From: a virus
DNA: 57,749 bases
IMG/VR virus record: IMGVR_UViG_3300045988_122638
Reading direction: 5' to 3' (one strand)
Below are positions 49,752 to 57,749 of this stretch, one piece after another; position 1 is the stretch's first letter, and every line of letters starts with the position of its first letter. The notes below the pieces were generated by a model, which had not been told where the DNA came from, did no database searches, and saw only the letters and a list, made by a program, of their open reading frames with translations. Position numbers and translations under genes: made by a program.

Positions 49752-52247
49752 TTACCTATTTACGACAAAACCATTTTGAATCTTTACACTTATTGTTTTT
49801 GTATAATCGACTGTTCCATCTGCAGTTATAAAACCTGGTTTTACCAATAAAATTGGATCATCTAATGTAATACTGCCAGATATATTGTTCTTACTGTTTA
49901 CTGGATCTATTACAAAATTCTTCAATTCGCGACCTCTTAAATCTAAATTGCCATGCATATAGAAATTACCCGCTTTGTATTGTCCATAATCTTTAGCAGC
50001 ATAGATAAATTGAGCGGTGTATTTTTCATCGGTATATTTTTCTTTATATCCCCAAACAATAGCAGCACCATCGGGTTCCAAGCTCATAGACAGAATCTTT
50101 TTACTCGGTTCGTTTTCCCATTGAGTTGTTCCGATTTTACCGACATTCGTTTTTTCATTGACGAGTACCAGTCCGCTTTTATCCAAAGTTATACAGTCAT
50201 TATGCAGATTATCCGCCTCGATGACGAAACCACCTATATAACCTTTAACAGCTCTTAATTCTCCATTGTCATTAACACTGAATGAGCTATTTCCCAAATC
50301 TATAGAGCCTTTCTTTATAACCATACTTCCGCCTTTATTCAAATTCCACACGACATTTCCGTCTTGCGACATTAATACGCCTGTGCGAACTCTATCTGCA
50401 CTCATATGACCGACGGTTATACGATTCGCGACAATCGCACCGTCCATAGTTATACCGAGATTTAGCTTATATGGTTTTCCGTTGTTCCAAAAGGTATCGG
50501 TTTTATCATCGGTATCGCCTTGAGGAGCATCCCGATCGGCATATTCCGTATAATGACCGAGGCCGTTAACGTTCCATATCCAAAAGTGTTCCGAACGTGT
50601 ATAGTCCTTACCCGAAGAAACAACTAAAGCCTCTGAATGTTGTCCATTTTGATTATTTGTAATCAATGACACATAACCGTTTGTATTCTCCCTCAGCATT
50701 TTATCGGCGTTTGCTTGTGCGTTCTTTAATATTGTAGAATGCGGTGATTCTATCTCCGAAGACACCGAACTCATTGTTTCAGATAACGAAGATGTACCTG
50801 AAGTATTCAAAAGAGTCTTTTCGAGAGTATATTTTGCACTGTCAGGCTTATCAAGCTCTATGCTCAGTTCAGTTACCGTAAACAAGGTATTCATTCCGTG
50901 TGGATAAGAAATACATCTTATACGATCAAGAATTTTTACCGGCTCGTTAATATTCGACAAATATCGCAAATCGACTGCCGATACTTCAAGAGTCATTTGG
51001 TCAAACTGATGTTCTTTGATATAATCTCGCGTCTTCTTTAATAGTTCGATTGAATCCTTTGTCTCGCTGAAATCCGCAACGGCTTCAACTCGTCCGTATA
51101 TGTCTTTAAGACAATAGAACTCCTCATTTTCGTTCTTCAAGTACACATTCGCATATGTTCCGTCTGTTTCGATCTTAGCGGTAATTGTAGATGTAACCTT
51201 ATTATCGCTATCGATACTGTAATCAAGGAATTCAACCATAACAGTATCTTTCTTATTTGTTTTGGTGTCTACTCGTATCGTAGGAACAGTAACCGAGTTA
51301 TCCAACGTCTTACTTTCGATAATAATATAACCGTCTTTATCTACTTTGTATTTATAGACTAAATTTCCGTTTTCGTCTTTTTTGTCGGGATAAATGTAAA
51401 TCAAATTTCCATCTTCATTGTGAGTAAGTTTTCCGTCTTTATCTCGCTCATAATATCCGATTTCTTCTTTATCAACCACATCTCCCTTAGGAATATCAGA
51501 CAGCGTTACATAAGTATCAAACGCATCTGAATCCTCGGTTGATTCCTGTTCTACGGTTGCACCTCTTGGGATTAAGACCGTTGCCAAATCTGTTAAATCC
51601 CAATTCTTTGTAAAATCTAAAAGATTATCTCCGAATCTTATAATTTGCGAGTTCTCATTAAGTTGGTATTCTTCTTTTATCAGACTTATACATTTCTTAT
51701 CGCCAATTCTTTTTATACAGAGATGACATTCAAAAGCATTGACAACATTTTCGTTTATAGCATCTAATGTCTTTCCGTAATCGGTAACAATTTCTTCTGT
51801 AAATGGCTCGTTGTAGTTATAGATATATGCTTCATCAATGTAAAACTTATATCTTTCTTCATCATCGCCATATCGTTTATTATGGTTGTCCAAAACAGAA
51901 GTCAGAAAACTTCCGACAGTCGTTCCCTCCGGATACTTTGCTTGAGGTTGAATTGTATCATTCAAATATGACAGTTCACCCTCACAAGTTAAAGTTCGGT
52001 TATTCCAGAAATTCATTTTTTCAGAGAGTATTCTGCCTCTCCATAATTCTTGTTTGTCCCGATATACGATTATTTCAGATGCCATACGTTTCAATATATC
52101 ATATCCGGCGTTTCCCGGTGGAAGAGTTATTTCCAGAGAGCCTGCGGCATTGTCCTTTAACGTAAGTTTTGGACTGTCTGCTTTTCGGCTCTCTGTAGGA
52201 GATACATCACTGTAAATCATAACACCGTCACCCATTATACTATACAT
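49752..52247 (-). CDS. Tail-associated lysin / minor structural protein (Tal; prophage-tail N-terminal domain)
   Basis: 831 aa. LTLKDNAAGSLEITLPPGN...IIVYRDKQELWRGRIL is the typical N-terminus of Tal or 'phage minor structural protein'. Confidence 0.75.
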   Translation of the reverse strand: MYSIMGDGVMIYSDVSPTESRKADSPKLTLKDNAAGSLEITLPPGNAGYDILKRMASEIIVYRDKQELWRGRILSEKMNFWNNRTLTCEGELSYLNDTIQPQAKYPEGTTVGSFLTSVLDNHNKRYGDDEERYKFYIDEAYIYNYNEPFTEEIVTDYGKTLDAINENVVNAFECHLCIKRIGDKKCISLIKEEYQLNENSQIIRFGDNLLDFTKNWDLTDLATVLIPRGATVEQESTEDSDAFDTYVTLSDIPKGDVVDKEEIGYYERDKDGKLTHNEDGNLIYIYPDKKDENGNLVYKYKVDKDGYIIIESKTLDNSVTVPTIRVDTKTNKKDTVMVEFLDYSIDSDNKVTSTITAKIETDGTYANVYLKNENEEFYCLKDIYGRVEAVADFSETKDSIELLKKTRDYIKEHQFDQMTLEVSAVDLRYLSNINEPVKILDRIRCISYPHGMNTLFTVTELSIELDKPDSAKYTLEKTLLNTSGTSSLSETMSSVSSEIESPHSTILKNAQANADKMLRENTNGYVSLITNNQNGQHSEALVVSSGKDYTRSEHFWIWNVNGLGHYTEYADRDAPQGDTDDKTDTFWNNGKPYKLNLGITMDGAIVANRITVGHMSADRVRTGVLMSQDGNVVWNLNKGGSMVIKKGSIDLGNSSFSVNDNGELRAVKGYIGGFVIEADNLHNDCITLDKSGLVLVNEKTNVGKIGTTQWENEPSKKILSMSLEPDGAAIVWGYKEKYTDEKYTAQFIYAAKDYGQYKAGNFYMHGNLDLRGRELKNFVIDPVNSKNNISGSITLDDPILLVKPGFITADGTVDYTKTISVKIQNGFVVNR

Positions 52248-52250
52248 TGA

Positions 52251-53201
52251 TTATAACCTCCCCACTCTAAAATCTATTGAAATAGTACCTACTCCTTTAA
52301 AATACATTTTATACGGTCTGGTTTGTCCATAGAAAATGAAATCAGGAGCAAATGTTGTTCCGCCTTTAAAATTCATTGTGATGTCAATATCCAAATATGA
52401 ATTGACAAATCGAATATCTATACCTTTATCCAATTTACCGCAACTGCTTTCAGGGCATCTCAATATTCCGTTATTATAGGTTAATAACTTATGATGAGTC
52501 GGGCATTTTGGTTTAAATGTTATCATTGGTGAAATTGGAACACCACCAAAGAAAGTATTCAATGAATCAGAATCCAAAGTATATGGTGGAAATTGCATTT
52601 CACTAAATCCATTTTGATTATCTATTTCTATATCAGTGCATGTGGTATCCCAAGTAACTCCTGTTTCAAAGTTAAACGGATCCCACAGCCAATCAGAAGT
52701 AGATGATGATATATTCCATTTAAACGGATTCACATTGTACCCGATTGTTATAACAGACCAAGTATCATCTGACTCCCACGAATCTACTGTAAAACGCCCT
52801 TGATAAAACCATGTTGGATCATCGTCCAAAACCGCATATAAGCATTTTCCATGTAAATACTCCATAATTTCCGAATACCTTTGAGCCCAACGATTACGAT
52901 CATTCGACTCTAAAACAATACGGTTACCGACCTCGTAATCATTCATAACCTTAAATTTAAATGTACCGGTACGGTTATTGTACGTTGGGTAACGCGTAAG
53001 AGCCTCCGATAAATCCAGAGATCCGTTTCCTCCCGGTACATCTATATAATTTGTCTTTGGTTCGGGTGGAGCAAAGACCGGACGGGATTCGGCTAATATA
53101 TGCCAATCATCCCATGTATTTTTACAGTCCACTTTTGTATTCTTATCATGCGATTTTAGAATATCGTCAGGACTTTTAAAAAATGTTATCGATTGAATCA
53201 T
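52251..53201 (-). CDS. Distal tail protein (Dit)
   Basis: 316 aa immediately after the tape measure (ATGA coupling). Pattern DWHILAESRPVFAPPEPKTNYIDVPGGNGSLDLSE. Confidence 0.75.
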   Translation of the reverse strand: MIQSITFFKSPDDILKSHDKNTKVDCKNTWDDWHILAESRPVFAPPEPKTNYIDVPGGNGSLDLSEALTRYPTYNNRTGTFKFKVMNDYEVGNRIVLESNDRNRWAQRYSEIMEYLHGKCLYAVLDDDPTWFYQGRFTVDSWESDDTWSVITIGYNVNPFKWNISSSTSDWLWDPFNFETGVTWDTTCTDIEIDNQNGFSEMQFPPYTLDSDSLNTFFGGVPISPMITFKPKCPTHHKLLTYNNGILRCPESSCGKLDKGIDIRFVNSYLDIDITMNFKGGTTFAPDFIFYGQTRPYKMYFKGVGTISIDFRVGRL

Positions 53202-56200
53202 ATATTACCTCTCCTTTTCATCATTGCTGCTACACCAAGACTTCTGTCCATTTCAGGACTTATTGCGCCGACCAATTCGCCTGTATCCATCACGACTTGT
53301 AATTGACTTACTTTATCTACCAAGTCAGACAAATCACTTTTCAAGCCGTCTATTGCATCTACAATCTGACCGTTTGATTGTGTATTCGCATCTGCCAACT
53401 TTGATATAGCATCGCCAAACTGATATGCTAATCCATTTTGATTTTTAGACACAACACTCATTCCTAGAGCAATACTTCTGTTTGCCGAAAGTGTGCTATC
53501 CACTTGATTAAGCCCATTCTGCACATTTGTCATATCCAAAATAGGACTTATGGTTGGTGTTATCTCCATATCGCTATCGATTATTGTAGACATATCACTT
53601 ATCAATCTGCTTACAGACTGAATTGTACCGCGTGCCATATCCGCACTCGCTTTAGAAGCATCATCACTTCGATTAGTAATACCGCCTATCAAACCTTCAA
53701 CCATATATTCGCCAATTCTGGCAAATACTCTCGATGGTGAGTGTATCTCGGCAGTATCTTGAGTTATTTCCGTTCCGGCAGAAATAAGACTCTCCAAAGT
53801 TTTAAGAAATTCAGGTTGTTTGCTTTCTACACCCTCAATTAATCCATCAACCATATATTCGCCGAGTTCATCCCAACCGGCAGAACCTAAAACCGTGCTG
53901 GCTATAGAAACAATTTCTTGGAATTTCTCTTCGGTATCGTCTTTGATAGCGCCGATATTCTTTAAGAAAGCATCTTTTAATTCACTGAGTTTTTCGTCAG
54001 TGTCTTTCTTCAATTCGTCCAAATCTGAATTATATGTGGTTTTAAGTTCTTTAATCTGGCTATTTGTTTCTTTGCGTAAGTCGGTTAATTCATCAGTTGC
54101 TCTGTCTGTTGCTTCTTTATGCTTTTCAGCCCACAAATTTGCATATTGCGAAAGTTGGGCATCAGTCATAGAATTCAAGCCTCGAATATTAGCAATAGCT
54201 GATGGTCCCATTTCCTGAAGTTCTTCTATCAATGCTTGGTTTAGTCCTCGTTTAGATAGTTGTTGAAGTGTATCGTCCCAATCCTCAAACTCTGCAACTT
54301 GATCTTGAAGATTTTTTGTCAATTCGGAAACACCGGTTTTTCCTTTTTGCTCCACCTTATCAAACAAACCATATGCATTATAAAGTGACTGAATCCTTGA
54401 ATTGAGGGTATCCGAATAATTATCTTCCAGTTCTTTAATGTCCTGTTCGAGTTTTTCGTTTAATTCCTTTTCTTTCTCGACGTAATCATCCTTAACATTT
54501 TGACAATCATCAAGAAAGTCTTTATAAGCGTTGTAGATTTCTTTTTGCGTGGCATAGATTTCTTTTTCGTACTTTTTACGTGTTTCCTTATTTCGCTTAC
54601 CGTATTTATTCAGCATACGAGTATTCCACGCTAATTTGTCGGCTAAAGAATATTCCCCACGATCCTCTTGGTCTTGAATCCAATCCATAGAATTCTGATA
54701 ATTAGCATCGTCCAGTAGTTTCTTAAGGTATTCGCCCTCTTTAACTGCATTGGACCATGCAACCGAACCCTCATCTAAAGTTGCAATCAGACGTTTGTTA
54801 GCTTCTATCTCGTCTTCCAACGCATCTATATTACCGTCAATAAGTTCGTGTTTTAGATCGTAAATCTTTTTATCGATTTCTATTCGTTCTTCACTACCGT
54901 CTTCATATCTTGCCTGAACCCGTTCCCAAGCTTCAAGTTCGCCTTTAGTGTCCAAACGATTATAATCTTTTTCAGTTTCAATCCAATTCTTAGATGTACT
55001 ATATTCCGCATCTTTTAACAACTTACGAAGATATATACCTTCTTTTACAGCATTAGAATAAGCAACTGTTCCTTCTTCCAATGATGCTATTAAGTCATCA
55101 TTAGCCTGAATTTCTCTTTCCAGTGCATATACATCTCCATCAATAAGTTCGTGTTTCAGATCGTAAATCTTTTTATCGATTTCTGCTCGTTCGTCTGTAC
55201 CCTCAATGTATCGCTCTTGAACTCGTTTCCAAGCCTCGAGTTCCTCTTTGGTACTCATACGATTGTAATCTTTTTCTTTATCGATCCAATCCTTAGAATT
55301 CTGATAATCCTCTTCTCTTAATTCCTTAAGAACTGCATAAGCATTCTTTTCAGCCTTCAGTCTCTCTTCGCTACCCTCAGAGTATTTTGAAATCATAGTA
55401 TCCCATATTTCAAGTTCCTCCGCCAAACTCAACTCGTCGAAAGACTTTGCTTCTTCTACCCATTTTTCGACATCATCAAAAGACTTTTTCGCCACACTCT
55501 TAACTTTTGCTGCTGACGCTTCAGTTTCATCAACTGCTCTATATGCGTTATCTCGTATACCGTTTGCTAAGCCTTCACCGATATATCTACCGATTGCTAT
55601 AAAAGCCCTAGATGGAGAATGTATTCCTAACGCTTCTTTTGCGGCAGCTAATGAACTTGTAGCCAAGCTTACTGCGGCAGCTATAGCCGAAGAACTACCC
55701 GAGCTAATACCCGACGCTAGTCCTAATGCCATGTTATAACCTGCTGCTCTATAACCACCCACTTGATTATTTGCGCTATTTATGCCGGCTGATGCCATGT
55801 TGTTTATAGCGGACATAACTGTCACACTAGACGATACTATTCCTATAGCCAAAGAATTCCCCAAATTAGCACCGCTTGATTGGAATTCTCCCATTCTGCT
55901 TTGCAATGCCGAAGCTGCTGATTCAACTATTAACGATACCGCTTGTGAAATGTTTCCCGATGCAGAAATGAGTGAATTTACAAAATCGTTTATTCCTTGC
56001 GTTCCGGCTGAAGCAAATGCCGTATTTAGAGAGGATAAACTATTGTATAGTCCTGAAAAATCTGCCCCGCTAATATCATTAACAAAAATCATAAGATTTT
56101 CCCCGAAAGATTTCAAAGAATCTCCATAATTTTGTAGACTATCGACACCACTAGTATCATTGACTAATTCTGCCAACATTTTTCCTGCGTTTACAGACGC

Positions 56201-57694
56201 TTCGATGCCTCCGGTGTTAATACCAGATACTATATCTCCGTAATTCTTTATTGCATTTCCGAACGAAATTATTTGTGTACCAAAATCGCCTATATCATTA
56301 TTACCAGCTAGCATTCCAGCTAACCCGCCTGAGTTCGGAAGAGTCTTTGCCAGTTCAGATAGAGCTTTTCCAGCCGCGACGGATGCTTCGATACCACTTG
56401 TATCTATACCCGATACAGTATCGCCATATCCTTTTATTGCTTCGCCGAACACTTTTAATTGAGTGCCAAACTGTGCAAAAGATGATTCACCAGTTAGCCA
56501 TGAAGTTATCGATTCTAACAGCCCTGCACCAGTCAGTGCCAAAATTGTATTTGTTAATGTCTGTATATTAGATAGCACACTACCATCTATGTTCTTAGCA
56601 CCTTCTATAAACGGCGACAAATTCGTCATAAACATAGAAAGATTGGATGCCATCTCTGGTAATGCAGATGTGGTGCCGTCAAGAAATCCTCCTGCAATTC
56701 CGCCTATAAATTGGCCAATTGCTGTACCGATTATTTGAAGAAAATCCCCACCTTCGGATATCAGCCATTCTAATCCGGGTATTTGAGATAAAGCACCTAA
56801 TGCAGCAATCACAAGTGACAATTCTGCAACAACCGCTCCAAATGCCAACACTCCAACCATTGCCCCTGCTGCCAACGCCGTCATAGCATTTAATGCCAAC
56901 ATAAATGCTGTAATAGCAGCTATACCTGTAATAAATGATTCAGCACTAATATTACCCAATGCTTCAACCGCACTTTCAGCTATGCTCTTAAAAATATCAA
57001 ATAATAAAGTGACTATTTTAGGTGAATATGTTTTAACGGTCTCTAATACTCCGACTATTATTTTGAAAATACCGTCTGCTAACGCTGGTATACATTCTAC
57101 ACAAATATTGATGGCTTCCAACAATAATGCTTTAAAGGCTTGTCCTATTGCTGGTGCACTCAGTATAATAGCATTACATATACCTACAATAGCTTCTGCT
57201 ATGACACCAACCATTGAAGGTATTAGTTCTAATATGCCAGTTATCGTGACACTTAAAGCTTCTACAAAAGCGGCCGCTCCTACTGCCCCAGCAGTTGACA
57301 ATATCGAAAAAGCAGTTGCAAACGCCATAACTCCCGCACCTGCCGCCAAACATGCCACACCTAGCAATGCAACCGCACCACTAATAGCCAATATAACCGG
57401 TGCTACTGGTCCCAAAGCATATCCTGCAACTCCTATAATTGCCATTGTAGCAGCTATTGAAACTATTCCCTTTACTATTTCTCCAACAGACATACTACCT
57501 AAAGATTGTAATACCGGTACCATAAGATTTAATGCTGTAGCCATGATCACCAAAGCTGCTGAGCTTGCCAGTATATTGCCAGACATACCCGATAGCAATT
57601 CGAATCCGGCGCATATAGCTAATATACCAGCTATTGCAGCTCCTGCTTTACCTAAATCAGGCCATTGCATCTGTCCAAATTTACTACATACATC
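53198..57694 (-). CDS. Tail tape measure protein, C-terminal 1,498 codons (continuation of nt 2505..1 across the circular junction)
   Basis: The frame is open from the window end. 57694 is in frame with the track ORF starting at 57670 (..DVCSKFGQ-MQWPD..). Contains two HSPSR(A/V)F..IG.Y..EGL motifs and coiled-coil repeats. Confidence 0.9.
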   Translation of the reverse strand, partial: DVCSKFGQMQWPDLGKAGAAIAGILAICAGFELLSGMSGNILASSAALVIMATALNLMVPVLQSLGSMSVGEIVKGIVSIAATMAIIGVAGYALGPVAPVILAISGAVALLGVACLAAGAGVMAFATAFSILSTAGAVGAAAFVEALSVTITGILELIPSMVGVIAEAIVGICNAIILSAPAIGQAFKALLLEAINICVECIPALADGIFKIIVGVLETVKTYSPKIVTLLFDIFKSIAESAVEALGNISAESFITGIAAITAFMLALNAMTALAAGAMVGVLAFGAVVAELSLVIAALGALSQIPGLEWLISEGGDFLQIIGTAIGQFIGGIAGGFLDGTTSALPEMASNLSMFMTNLSPFIEGAKNIDGSVLSNIQTLTNTILALTGAGLLESITSWLTGESSFAQFGTQLKVFGEAIKGYGDTVSGIDTSGIEASVAAGKALSELAKTLPNSGGLAGMLAGNNDIGDFGTQIISFGNAIKNYGDIVSGINTGGIEASVNAGKMLAELVNDTSGVDSLQNYGDSLKSFGENLMIFVNDISGADFSGLYNSLSSLNTAFASAGTQGINDFVNSLISASGNISQAVSLIVESAASALQSRMGEFQSSGANLGNSLAIGIVSSSVTVMSAINNMASAGINSANNQVGGYRAAGYNMALGLASGISSGSSSAIAAAVSLATSSLAAAKEALGIHSPSRAFIAIGRYIGEGLANGIRDNAYRAVDETEASAAKVKSVAKKSFDDVEKWVEEAKSFDELSLAEELEIWDTMISKYSEGSEERLKAEKNAYAVLKELREEDYQNSKDWIDKEKDYNRMSTKEELEAWKRVQERYIEGTDERAEIDKKIYDLKHELIDGDVYALEREIQANDDLIASLEEGTVAYSNAVKEGIYLRKLLKDAEYSTSKNWIETEKDYNRLDTKGELEAWERVQARYEDGSEERIEIDKKIYDLKHELIDGNIDALEDEIEANKRLIATLDEGSVAWSNAVKEGEYLKKLLDDANYQNSMDWIQDQEDRGEYSLADKLAWNTRMLNKYGKRNKETRKKYEKEIYATQKEIYNAYKDFLDDCQNVKDDYVEKEKELNEKLEQDIKELEDNYSDTLNSRIQSLYNAYGLFDKVEQKGKTGVSELTKNLQDQVAEFEDWDDTLQQLSKRGLNQALIEELQEMGPSAIANIRGLNSMTDAQLSQYANLWAEKHKEATDRATDELTDLRKETNSQIKELKTTYNSDLDELKKDTDEKLSELKDAFLKNIGAIKDDTEEKFQEIVSIASTVLGSAGWDELGEYMVDGLIEGVESKQPEFLKTLESLISAGTEITQDTAEIHSPSRVFARIGEYMVEGLIGGITNRSDDASKASADMARGTIQSVSRLISDMSTIIDSDMEITPTISPILDMTNVQNGLNQVDSTLSANRSIALGMSVVSKNQNGLAYQFGDAISKLADANTQSNGQIVDAIDGLKSDLSDLVDKVSQLQVVMDTGELVGAISPEMDRSLGVAAMMKRRGNI
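54560..55470. repeat. About 303-bp tandem repeats inside the tape measure gene (3 or more units)
   Basis: Recurring ccaat(c/t)c(t/a)tagaat(t/g)... at about 54678, 54981 and 55285. Protein repeats KDWIDKEKDYNRMSTKEELEAWKRVQERY...KKIYDLKHELIDG occur twice almost verbatim. Confidence 0.8.
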
Positions 57695-57749
57695 TGCAAA
57701 TATCTCTAATGCAGCTCCTATTATTACTAATGAAGTTGCTGAGCGTAAT
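57695..57749. repeat. Second copy of the 55-nt terminal repeat (redundant with nt 1-55)
   Basis: Identical string at both window ends. Confidence 0.95.

Noticed and set aside
1-57749. Stop-codon reassignment or alternative genetic code, considered because of the odd tRNA-like gene, the in-frame TAA at 21250 and the ORF-less first 2.5 kb.
   Set aside because: ORFs of 1,327, 918, 831 and about 2,333 codons are intact in the standard code. The apparent ORF gap is an edge artefact. The tRNA-like loop UAUAUCUA contains no properly placed suppressor anticodon.

Overview
The window is a complete, circularly closed phage genome. Its first 55 nt are identical to its last 55 nt, which looks like an assembler overlap, so the unique length is 57,694 bp. 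It is an AT-rich, temperate, siphovirus-type phage or prophage of a Gram-positive host, probably Bacillota/Clostridia-like. Host clues are GGAGG ribosome-binding sites, a PBSX-like lysis cassette and a secreted protein with 'stalk' repeats. Almost all genes are on the minus strand.

Gene order in the transcription direction:
- Switch region and early genes, 40.2 to 30.6 kb. This block includes many small transcription units and three paralogous membrane proteins.
- Replication genes, 30.4 to 23.2 kb: a 1,327-aa SF3-helicase/AEP-primase/PolB fusion, an SSB and an SF2 helicase.
- A block of small genes containing a ThyX-like gene split by a group I intron, 20.3 to 19.0 kb.
- Two PD-(D/E)XK nucleases and a 918-aa YonO/QDE-1-like two-barrel single-subunit RNA polymerase flanked by HTH modules, 16.7 to 13.2 kb.
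- A 650-bp non-coding region that resembles a cos/pac site.
- Packaging, head and tail genes, 12.2 to 0 kb. These run through the artificial window junction into a tape measure of about 2,333 aa. The ORF track misses its first 835 codons, nt 2505 to 1.
- Dit and Tal, then a moron island driven by sigmaA-type promoters, then receptor-binding proteins and the XkdX/XhlA/amidase/holin cassette, ending at 42.1 kb.

Plus-strand genes are limited to a tyrosine integrase, an upstream Zn-ribbon gene (40.2-41.8 kb) and three tiny ORFs (48.1-48.6 kb).

The strongest signal not explained by the ORFs is a 26-nt motif with fixed spacing (minus strand: aCGCr-W7-CA-N5-yWTTATGr). It occurs 11 times, always intergenic and always on the minus strand. 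Five copies head self-contained promoter/small-ORF/terminator cassettes with near-identical terminators, and one of these sits inside the intron. Together with the phage-encoded RNAP and a sigma-like factor, this points to a phage-specific transcription system. That link is an inference and needs experimental testing.
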